Of a stretch of DNA of 64,000 bases, positions 56,368 to 64,000 are shown piece after piece (positions within the stretch are counted from its first letter, which is position 1; each line of letters starts with the position of its first letter). Source of the stretch: Candidatus Omnitrophota bacterium (lineage in GTDB: Bacteria; Ratteibacteria; UBA8468; MWAK01); assembly GCA_043826355.1 (NCBI GenBank), contig JBDRQI010000004.1, forward strand, positions 46,195-110,194. The letters are read 5' to 3'. The notes under the pieces were generated by a model. It was given only the letters and a program-made list of their open reading frames with translations, did not search any database and was not told where the DNA came from. The translations under genes were made by a program, and so were the position numbers.

Positions 56368-57588
56368 TTAGAAATTATACTGGATATTTAGAGTTGTAAT
56401 CAGATTAAAAGTTTTGTAGGTGCCGTCAAAAGGTCCGCTTTCGTCGATTTTCCGGTCTTCCGGAAAGGATAATTCCTGGGAGAGCGCCAGCGCAAAGTTT
56501 TTTTTCTCCCACCCAAAACCGAGGCAAAAGACGTGGGCGTTGGCGTCCGGCAGAGACGGGTCAAAGGTTCGGTCCGGTATTGAGGTGGGAAGATATACGT
56601 AACCTGCCCAGAGTTTCCAGTTTACGTCCGGACGGAATTCTATCCCAATTCTGGGGCTTAAAGTATCTTCCCAGTCCTTGGCGATCTCCTGACGGGATGG
56701 AGCGGGTAGCGCAAGGTCGATTGTCAGATTTTTCAGCGAGGACCATTCTATCCACTCCAGGTCAGTTTCTATCTTCCATCTTTTATTCGGCCGGTAGGCA
56801 TAACCAATTCCCGCCATGTTCGGGAAGTTCATTTTGACGGAAGACGGAGTTCTGAAATCCGGGCCGCCCAGGAACAGGGGTATGCCGGTCATCGAAAAGT
56901 GTCCGGTATGCTTGATGGAATAACCGCTGCGAAAGGTGCCGCCGATGCTGTGCTTTTCCGAAGGTTTATAGAGAAGACCAAGGTTGTATCCGTATCCTTC
57001 GCCTTCAACCGCCATCTTCTGGCTGCCGTCCGGGGAAGAAAAGAAACTGTAATCGTTCTGCGCTTTCAGGGTAAGGCTGGAGTTATAATAATTTAAACCC
57101 AGGCCAAGGGAAAATTCAGGGTTTACCCGATAGGCGATTGTCGGATTTACGTCAATAAATTTCATTTCCGAAAAAGTAGCGTTGTATCGGAACAAACCAT
57201 CTTTAGACCATTCGGTTGATTGTCCGAAAGGCGTGGTGATTCCCAGTCCAAACCGCCAGTTGGTCGTTTTCAAGTCGGTGGCAAAATAAAGGTTTGGCAG
57301 GATATGTAACGATTCCTTCATATTTTCCGTTTGTCCGCCCGGAGCGTAATATTTAGTGGAAGGATAGATAAAAGCCGGGGTGAACAGAACCGAGGCGCCG
57401 GATAACTGGGTTAATCCGGCCGGGTTATGGGTGATGGCGGTGGCGTCATCTGCCTGGGCCGTGAATGCGCCGGCCTGGGCCGAGGCAGCCGTTCCCTGGG
57501 GCGGGTTCTGAAATCCGGCCCCTTCCGCATGTGTCAGTACAGATAAGAACATAAACCCTAAAATTACCGGATAAAATTTTTGTGCCAT
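56368..57588 (-). CDS. FadL/TodX/OmpP1-family outer-membrane transporter for hydrophobic compounds
   Basis: AGF mature start, QADDATAITHNPAGL hatch motif, PFG, terminal QYNF; RBS ggagg before ATG 57588. Confidence 0.92.
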   Translation of the reverse strand: MAQKFYPVILGFMFLSVLTHAEGAGFQNPPQGTAASAQAGAFTAQADDATAITHNPAGLTQLSGASVLFTPAFIYPSTKYYAPGGQTENMKESLHILPNLYFATDLKTTNWRFGLGITTPFGQSTEWSKDGLFRYNATFSEMKFIDVNPTIAYRVNPEFSLGLGLNYYNSSLTLKAQNDYSFFSSPDGSQKMAVEGEGYGYNLGLLYKPSEKHSIGGTFRSGYSIKHTGHFSMTGIPLFLGGPDFRTPSSVKMNFPNMAGIGYAYRPNKRWKIETDLEWIEWSSLKNLTIDLALPAPSRQEIAKDWEDTLSPRIGIEFRPDVNWKLWAGYVYLPTSIPDRTFDPSLPDANAHVFCLGFGWEKKNFALALSQELSFPEDRKIDESGPFDGTYKTFNLITTLNIQYNF

Positions 57589-57677
57589 ATTTCCTCCAAA
57601 TTTTTCTTTGCGTGTCGTTCCCGCATGTTTTAGGCGGGAATCAGCACCGCTTGGAATTGCGGGCATACCCTACAAGG

Positions 57678-57693
57678 TGCAATTTTTTTGCCA
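57678..57693 (-). promoter_or_regulatory. Candidate sigma54 -24/-12 promoter for the fadL-like gene
   Basis: Minus strand TGGCAAAAAAATTGCA, exact GG-N10-GC spacing, 90 bp upstream of start. Confidence 0.6.
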
Positions 57694-57778
57694 TAGATTT
57701 TCTGTTCTATTTGTACAGTAGGACAGGCTTCCCGCCTTCGCTAAAGCTACGGCGGGCAAAGCCCGCCTGTCATTATGA

Positions 57779-57955
57779 TGTCATTCTGAGCCGATCTTAC
57801 GAAGAATCCCGCAGTTAGCGGTTGAGATCCTTCGCTGCGCTCAGGATGACAGCGTATTAATGGCTCAGGATGACAGTGTTGCGCTCAGGATGACAGTGTT
57901 GCGCTCAGGATGACAGTGTTACGCTCAGGATGACAGTGTTACGCTCAGGATGACA
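57779..57955. repeat. Palindrome cluster ending in a 20-bp tandem array
   Basis: gctcaggatgaca at 57839, 57863, 57883, 57903, 57923, 57943. Confidence 0.92.
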
Positions 57956-57997
57956 CAAGGCGCAAAGCTTTGCACCGGTATTGTATCGGATTCCAGA

Positions 57998-58087
57998 TGT
58001 ACAAATTTGACATTGCTTAAAATATAAGGTAACATTTTTGTACAGGCTGTAATGCGTATCTAAACAAAATTGTACAAAAACTTAACA
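57998..58087 (+). promoter_or_regulatory. sigma70-like promoter with overlapping TGTACA boxes
   Basis: TTGACA 58007-N17-TAACAT 58030; TGTACA at 57998, 58039, 58071. Confidence 0.5.
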
Positions 58088-58096
58088 TGAATTGAT

Positions 58097-59722
58097 ATGA
58101 AAATTTTACTTATTTCGGTGGCCGGATGTCCCAGAACCCCTTCCGATTTCATACCGGACAATGGTCTGGCTTTATTGGCTTCCTTGTTTATTTCTCAAGG
58201 CCACCAGGTGAAAATTCTTGATTACAATACTACGGAAACCCTGAAACGTTCTTTTCCGGAAAATATCAGCACCCGCCTGAAAAAAATCGCCGGACCTATT
58301 TTTCAGGGCAGTAAGCCCGGACTTTTGACACTGCTGCGCCTTTCTTTTTTAGAGAAAAAGTTGCGGGCACACCAAATCAGGGTTTTTTACGAAATCGGCT
58401 CTGAGATTGCCGATCTGACGGAAAGAGAGAAAGTTGATTTCGTGGGGTTAAAACTTTGGAACGGGGATGGGTTTACCGCTTCGCTGATTATCGCCGATGT
58501 TTTAAAAAAGAGAAATCCGAAGATACTGGTTTTTGGCGGAGGTCCCCAGGTGGATTTTTTCCGGGAGAATATTTACCGGGCAACTTCTGATTTTGATGCC
58601 CTGGTTTACGGGGAAGGCGAGCACGCCATCCTGGGTTTAGTTGATTTCGTTCAAGGCAAGAAAGGTTTGCGGGAGATTCCCAACCTGATTTTTCGTGATT
58701 CCGGCCGGATAGTAACCACGCCCCAAAAATGGACGGAAGACCTGAACCAATTGCCTTTTGCCAATTACGACCCGTCTGTTTATCCGGCTATGAAGGATAA
58801 CGGACGTCTGAAGTTTATCGTGCTTGACGAAAGCCGGGGGTGTTCTTTTTCCTGTTATTTTTGCATTCATCCCGTGAAGAGCGGCCGGCCGAGAGTCAAG
58901 AGCGTTGAGCGGATAATTGCGGAAATAACGCATTATCAGGAGAAATACGGCGTTTCTCTCTTCCGTTACGGCGGTTCCAATACGCCTCCGAAATTATTGG
59001 AGGAGGTGGCCCGGTCCATAATTCAGAACAATCTTAAGATTAAATATACCGTTCTGACCGATTTACGCCAGGAGGGGATTGATTTTTCGCTGCTTAAAGA
59101 TTCCGGTTGTTTCGCTGTCTTTTTCGGAGTGGAATCCACCGACCCGGGGATTTTGGCGAAAGCGATAAACAAGAAGGCCTTTCCGGAGCGGATGGAAAAT
59201 ATCCTGAAGGAAGCGAAAACGGCCGGAATTTTTATTGTCGTCAGTCTGATTGTGCCGGCTCCCGGCGAAACCGAAGAGACGAAAAAGAAGACCCTGGAGT
59301 TTTTGTTGAGGACCAGGCCGGATTCAGTCCTGGTTCAATTTCCCGGTATTCTTCCCGGAACCGAATGGTTTAAAAATCCGGAAAAATATGGTTTTTCAAT
59401 TAAAAACAAGAAGGCCTATCCCGATAAGGTAATGAACTATAAGATGCGTCTTTTTTTCCCGCCCCGCTTCTGGGACCCGCTTCCTTATCGGGTAGATGGT
59501 AAAAAATTCCGTTCTTTTGTCCGGGAAACGGAATTATTTTTGAAAAAATTGGAATCGGTTGGGCTGACAACCGGAATAGCCGATGATATTGCTTTAATGT
59601 CAAAATACAGCCATCTTTCTCCGAAGGAATTCCGCGACCTGAATCGCGGTTACTTTTTTACCGGGGATGCCCTTAACCTGCAGGAATTAATCGTAAAAAT
59701 CAATGGCGGAAAGAATTACTGA
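58097..59722 (+). CDS. B12-binding radical SAM protein
   Basis: N-terminal cobalamin-binding-like domain (GLALLAS, FGGGPQ, GEGE); SRGCSFSCYFC; FGVES; PGET. Confidence 0.9.
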   Translation: MKILLISVAGCPRTPSDFIPDNGLALLASLFISQGHQVKILDYNTTETLKRSFPENISTRLKKIAGPIFQGSKPGLLTLLRLSFLEKKLRAHQIRVFYEIGSEIADLTEREKVDFVGLKLWNGDGFTASLIIADVLKKRNPKILVFGGGPQVDFFRENIYRATSDFDALVYGEGEHAILGLVDFVQGKKGLREIPNLIFRDSGRIVTTPQKWTEDLNQLPFANYDPSVYPAMKDNGRLKFIVLDESRGCSFSCYFCIHPVKSGRPRVKSVERIIAEITHYQEKYGVSLFRYGGSNTPPKLLEEVARSIIQNNLKIKYTVLTDLRQEGIDFSLLKDSGCFAVFFGVESTDPGILAKAINKKAFPERMENILKEAKTAGIFIVVSLIVPAPGETEETKKKTLEFLLRTRPDSVLVQFPGILPGTEWFKNPEKYGFSIKNKKAYPDKVMNYKMRLFFPPRFWDPLPYRVDGKKFRSFVRETELFLKKLESVGLTTGIADDIALMSKYSHLSPKEFRDLNRGYFFTGDALNLQELIVKINGGKNY

Positions 59723-60944
59723 AGAGAAGAAACGGGTGGTCATTACCGGGATAGGAGTTATTTCTCCCAACGGTATCGGTAAAGAGGTGTTCTGGGAAGC
59801 GCTGAGAACCGGTAAGTCCGGCATCAAAAAAATCACTTCTTTCGACGCTTCAAGTTTTCCCTGCCAGATAGCCGGGGAGGTGACTGGCCGTCTTCCGCTT
59901 GATTTTATGGAGAAAAAAGCGGTCAGGAGAATGGCCCGGTCCAGCCAGTTCGCAGTAGCTGCAACTCAGATGGCTATGGTCGATGCCGGTTTTAATTCAA
60001 TAATTCCCGAGCCGATTCGCTCTTCCGTAACTTTGGGGATAAGCAGCAGCGCGATCGATGTTATCGAGAAAGATTTTGCAATTTTTTTGAAGAAAGGACA
60101 TTTGGCGATTAGTCCCTACGGAATCCTGGCTGTTTCTCCTCACGCCGCAGTTAGCGAAATTGTTAAATTGCTAAACCATCCCGGTTCCGGCGAAACGCTT
60201 GGCAATGATTGCACAGCTGGTCTCGACGCTATTGGACTTACCTACCTGAGAATCAGGTCCGGGGAAATTTCACTCGGCATCTGCGGCGGCGTTGATGCGC
60301 CGATCAGCCCTTTGCTGTGGGGATGGTTTTGTCAGGGAGGTCTGGTGCCTCCGGTAGCGGATAACCCGGAGGGTGCCAGCCGGCCTTTTGATTTGAAGCG
60401 AACGGTGGGCATAATTTCGGAAGGAGCCGCAGTTTTTATTCTGGAAGAGATGGCGCAGGCGCTGTACCGGCGCGCCGCTATTTACGGTGAAATCATTGGT
60501 TTCGGAAATAACAGCGAGAATTGCCTGGATGAAGGATTGAGGAAATCCATGGAAAAGGCAATTCTTCAGGCGCTTATTTCTTTTTCCGAGATAGATTATA
60601 TTTCCGCACACGGTCCTTCTCATTGCCTGATTGATAAGATAGAGACGGATGCCATCAAAAAACTTTTCGGTCAAGAGGCCTACCGGATACCGGTCAGTTC
60701 CATCAAATCAATGATTGGCAATCCTTTGGCGGCCGGCGGACCGCTCCAGGTGGCCGCTCTTCCGCTCAGTTTTCAGAAAGGCCTTATTCCGCCGACCATA
60801 AACTACCGGTATCCGGACCCGGCCTGCGACCTTGATTATATTCCGAACAAACCGCGTTATAATGAAGTTAAGGTGGCTTTGGTTAATTCTCATGGGATTG
60901 GAGGGGGTAATTCCTCTCTGCTGATAAAAAAATGTCGTATTTGA
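59703..60944 (+). CDS. FabF-like beta-ketoacyl synthase with Cys-His-Asn triad
   Basis: RVVITGIG, DCTAG, SRPFD, SAHG, SSIKSMIGN, GIGGGN. Confidence 0.88.
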   Translation: MAERITEEKKRVVITGIGVISPNGIGKEVFWEALRTGKSGIKKITSFDASSFPCQIAGEVTGRLPLDFMEKKAVRRMARSSQFAVAATQMAMVDAGFNSIIPEPIRSSVTLGISSSAIDVIEKDFAIFLKKGHLAISPYGILAVSPHAAVSEIVKLLNHPGSGETLGNDCTAGLDAIGLTYLRIRSGEISLGICGGVDAPISPLLWGWFCQGGLVPPVADNPEGASRPFDLKRTVGIISEGAAVFILEEMAQALYRRAAIYGEIIGFGNNSENCLDEGLRKSMEKAILQALISFSEIDYISAHGPSHCLIDKIETDAIKKLFGQEAYRIPVSSIKSMIGNPLAAGGPLQVAALPLSFQKGLIPPTINYRYPDPACDLDYIPNKPRYNEVKVALVNSHGIGGGNSSLLIKKCRI

Positions 60945-63067
60945 TGAAATTGTTTTTCCTGGTAAACATACTGGCCGCGGTCACTTCCACCGGAATCGGC
61001 CTGTTTGTTTTTTTAAGGAAAAAAAATACCAAGAACCGACTTTATTTAATATTTAATTTAAACTTAGCCGGCTGGGCAATAGCGATGTTGCTTGGTCTCC
61101 AACAGGCCGGCATAAGTATCGAAAAATTCCCCTTCTGGGTTAGGGTGGCAACCGCAATCGCCGTATTCATACCCGCGGTCTTCTATCATTTTGTCGCAAC
61201 TTTCAGGGAAGATGTTCATGAGAAGAAGGCAAGATTTCTGTTTTATTATTTAATCAGCGGTCTCCTTGTCTGCCTGGCTTTTACCCCGTCTTTTATCAAG
61301 AGTTACTTTTTTCATGTGCCGGAACAGAAACTTCGTTTTGCTTCCCCGCTGGTCGTTTACGGAAATTCTTTCGTTTTTGTCTCCATTTATGTTTTAGGTT
61401 TATTGATAATCTCCCTGGTCAGTCTTTTGCGGACACGAAAAAGGAACAGCGGTTTTAAGAGGTTGGAAATAGATTATGTTTTTGGCACGGTTGCGCTCGG
61501 AACGGCTTTTGTGTGCTTAACTTCGCTTGTTTCGCCCTATATCGGAATTGTCCGGTTTACTCCGTTAGCGCCGTTTTCAGCCGTGCTCATGAGCGGCATT
61601 ATCGCATACGGCATTGCCCGCCATCGGATTCTGGAAGTTTCTTTTGTTTTAAAGCGGACAACGATGTATGCTATTCTGACCGTTTTTCTGGTTTTAATTT
61701 ACGGCGTTGTCGTTTTCATGCTGAATTTACTATTTCAAGGGAGGGTTGTACCCGTCAACCTGTTTATTCCCAACATGATTGCCGCCATTGCCATTGCTTT
61801 TATTTTTTCTCCCGTTAAAGAAAAGATCCAGGTCTATCTGGACAAGTTTTTTTTCCGGAGACGGCATCAGCCGGAAAAGGTGTTGAGCGAACTGAGCGAA
61901 ATCCTGAGTTCCCGCGAGGATATTTCACGTTTGTTGCGGCTATCCCTGGAAAGGATTGCGCCGGCTTTAAAAGTAAAAAACGTCCTGATAGCCCTGCGCG
62001 GAAACAAAGAGGCGGATAATTTTTTCATCGGCGCCATGGTGGGACACGGATTCAGAAAAAATCAACTTATTCTGGATTTAAATAAAGAAAGCGCTTTTGT
62101 AAAGGAATTAGCCCGGGGAGATGTTTTGATTCGCGATGAACTGGAGCGAATGTCTTTTGATTCGGGCCGGGACCATGCGGTTGCTTTGCTGAAAGCCATG
62201 CCGGCGGAAATGTCTGTTCCGCTCATGCTCAAGAATGAACTGGTCGGTTTTTTAATTATGTCCCAGAAGGAAAACCGAAAAATCTTCTCCAAGCATGATT
62301 TGGAATTTCTGCGTACCATTTCCGGCCAGCTGGCCATGGTTATCAATAACGCGGAACTTTTTTCCCAGTTGCAGCGGGCGGAGCGGCTGGCGGCCGCCGG
62401 GATAATCGCCGCCGGGATGGCCCATGAAATCCGGAACCCGCTGGTTTCCATCAAGACCTTCGTCCAGTTGCTTCCGGAAAAGTTCAATGATCCGGAGTTT
62501 CGGCAGACGTTTACGCAGATTGCTTCCCAGGAAGTTGACCGGATAAACCGCCTCCTGGAAGACCTTTTGAATTTTGCCCGGCCGGCACAGATGCAAAAAA
62601 AGAAAACCAATCTTTCCGAAACAATTGAAAAGAGTCTTTTCATGCTTACCAATGAATTGGCCGCCCGGGAGATTACCGTGGAGAAGGAATATCCCGCGGA
62701 AGATATTTTCGTTGAAGGCGACGAAGCCCAGCTTCAGCGGGTATTTTCCAACTTGTTTCTCAACAGCATTCAGGCGATGGAGAACGGGGGCAGGTTGACG
62801 GTTACAGCCAGCACTTCTCCTTACAAGCAGCGGTTTTTTATCAAGATAATTGATACGGGCAAGGGTGTTCCTTCAGAAAACCTTGCCCGGATATTTGACC
62901 CATTTTTCAGTACCCGGACCGGCGGAACCGGGCTGGGGCTTGCCATTGCCCATAATATCGTGAAGGAACACGGCGGTGAAATTGAGGTGCAGAGCGTTCC
63001 GAACAACGGAACCGCCTTTACGCTGGAATTTCCCGCCGCGTATCTGTCTGCCCTGGAGGAAAAATGA
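60932..63067 (+). CDS. Multi-TM (7TM-type) GAF-domain sensor histidine kinase
   Basis: ~9 TM N-terminus, GAF (SVPLMLKNELVG..NNAELF), AHEIRNPL, NLFLNS, DTGKG, FDPFFST, GTGLGL. Confidence 0.93.
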   Translation: MSYLMKLFFLVNILAAVTSTGIGLFVFLRKKNTKNRLYLIFNLNLAGWAIAMLLGLQQAGISIEKFPFWVRVATAIAVFIPAVFYHFVATFREDVHEKKARFLFYYLISGLLVCLAFTPSFIKSYFFHVPEQKLRFASPLVVYGNSFVFVSIYVLGLLIISLVSLLRTRKRNSGFKRLEIDYVFGTVALGTAFVCLTSLVSPYIGIVRFTPLAPFSAVLMSGIIAYGIARHRILEVSFVLKRTTMYAILTVFLVLIYGVVVFMLNLLFQGRVVPVNLFIPNMIAAIAIAFIFSPVKEKIQVYLDKFFFRRRHQPEKVLSELSEILSSREDISRLLRLSLERIAPALKVKNVLIALRGNKEADNFFIGAMVGHGFRKNQLILDLNKESAFVKELARGDVLIRDELERMSFDSGRDHAVALLKAMPAEMSVPLMLKNELVGFLIMSQKENRKIFSKHDLEFLRTISGQLAMVINNAELFSQLQRAERLAAAGIIAAGMAHEIRNPLVSIKTFVQLLPEKFNDPEFRQTFTQIASQEVDRINRLLEDLLNFARPAQMQKKKTNLSETIEKSLFMLTNELAAREITVEKEYPAEDIFVEGDEAQLQRVFSNLFLNSIQAMENGGRLTVTASTSPYKQRFFIKIIDTGKGVPSENLARIFDPFFSTRTGGTGLGLAIAHNIVKEHGGEIEVQSVPNNGTAFTLEFPAAYLSALEEK

Positions 63068-64000
63068 TTCTATCCGCAATCATTTCCGATAGTCCGGCGC
63101 TCAAAGAAGAACTATCACTCCTTTTCAAGGATTCTCTCACCTTTTTGGATATCGGCAAAGGTCTGTTTTTTGGATCGGAATTACACCAGCCGTTCAGCAT
63201 TCTTTTTCTGGATGTCCCCCTGAAGGAAAACGACCCGTTTGCGATTTTACGTCAGGTCCGCAAGTATCAGCCGGGGTTGCCGGTGGTGGTTCTTCTGCCC
63301 GGTTCCGCTTCTTTGGCGGGAACCGAGGCCTTGCAGCAGGGCGCCTATGATATGCTGAATAAGCCGATTGACCGGGAAAGGCTTAAAATTATCGTTTCCC
63401 ACGCCTTGGAAAAAGAATTCCTGGCCCGGGAAAAGGAGTATCTGGAAAAACAGTTTTTAAAGATGGTTGAAAGACGCCCGGCGCCGGTTATTTTGGAACA
63501 GGGCCGGGATTTTTACGCCGGGGCGCTGCGTCGCATTTCGGAAACATTGCTGAATATTTTTAAGGAAAATGATTTCGCGGAATTGCTGGTAAAAACCATC
63601 GGAGAGGTGTTTGGCCTTTCCCGTATCGCCCTGTTTTTGCTGGAGAAAGGAGAGTACCGGGTTCGCGCTTCTTTCGGTTGGGATAATTCCTGGGCCGGAC
63701 AGGTCTCCTTTTCCGTTTCCGATGGTTTGGCTGCCTGGCTGGAAAAGGAACAGAAGATTCTCCGTTACGAAAAAATTGTGGACCTTGACCCTGCAAAATC
63801 GGGAAGCCGGTTGCAGAACGACCTGGAACTGGCCGGCGCCAAAATCTGCGTTCCGGTCTTTTTTCGCGGAAAGGTGAGTGGTTTCCTCTCCCTGGGAAAT
63901 AAAATTTCCGGACGAGATTTCAGCGAGGAAGACATAGACTTTTTTTCATTTCTGGCGAATTACTTGGGACTGGTCATTGATAACGCCTCCCTTTACCACC
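63064..64000 (+). CDS. Atypical receiver plus GAF signalling protein (partial, runs off window)
   Basis: ATGA overlap; ILFLDVP..GAYDMLNKP receiver; GAF ICVPV..GFLSLGNKISG..IDNASLYH. Not in ORF track. Confidence 0.85.
   Translation, partial: MILSAIISDSPALKEELSLLFKDSLTFLDIGKGLFFGSELHQPFSILFLDVPLKENDPFAILRQVRKYQPGLPVVVLLPGSASLAGTEALQQGAYDMLNKPIDRERLKIIVSHALEKEFLAREKEYLEKQFLKMVERRPAPVILEQGRDFYAGALRRISETLLNIFKENDFAELLVKTIGEVFGLSRIALFLLEKGEYRVRASFGWDNSWAGQVSFSVSDGLAAWLEKEQKILRYEKIVDLDPAKSGSRLQNDLELAGAKICVPVFFRGKVSGFLSLGNKISGRDFSEEDIDFFSFLANYLGLVIDNASLYH

Noticed and set aside
57839-57955. Possible CRISPR array
   Set aside because: 13-bp repeat with near-identical 7-bp linkers, no unique spacers, no cas genes; it is a tandem REP arm.
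59703-60944. Housekeeping fabF
   Set aside because: Second catalytic His replaced by Asn; no acpP/fabG/fabD context.
7-63877. Numerous short antisense or alternate-frame ORFs in the track (e.g. 7-567, 10019-10717, 24258-24851, 47352-48023, 62062-62652)
   Set aside because: They overlap well-supported genes and have no recognisable motifs.

Overview
Chromosomal window from a diderm, probably anaerobic bacterium (secretin, FadL-like and alginate-export-type porins, Ior, radical SAM enzymes). 1-4.5 kb is housekeeping/arsenic resistance (arsM tail, acr3, FNT channel, PLD lipoprotein, bioY, nitroreductase). A tRNA-Ser(GGA) at 4566-4650 is an integration hotspot whose 3' end recurs at 4764, 16552 and 25321, delimiting two tandem decayed islands. 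Island 1 has a split large serine recombinase whose native C-terminal tail, plus a second paralogous tail, lies at the far att site. It also holds a 9.7-kb cargo element bounded by ~48-bp inverted repeats, carrying an antiporter/CBS pair, an IS3 element, an mscL relic and an unusual operon: lysine 2,3-aminomutase, a fused PurD-like ATP-grasp/EctA-like acetyltransferase and an amino-acid ABC transporter (candidate new beta-lysine osmolyte pathway). Island 2 has a GntR/LacI regulator, two beta-propeller proteins, a GH123-like protein, a URO-D-like protein and much gene debris. The backbone then encodes NamZ plus a double-length MurQ-like protein, an aryl-acid uptake/activation cluster (SSS, iorAB, two paaK, ACT), rimO with an in-frame palindromic insertion and a complete type IV pilus cluster. 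At the head of the pilus cluster is a divergent module (fadL-like, REC, HD-GYP versus B12 radical SAM, Cys-His-Asn ketosynthase, 7TM-GAF histidine kinase, REC-GAF), a candidate lipid-signal synthesis and sensing system. Intergenic DNA is rich in REP-like palindromes. All calls come from reading motifs by eye; no database searches were run.
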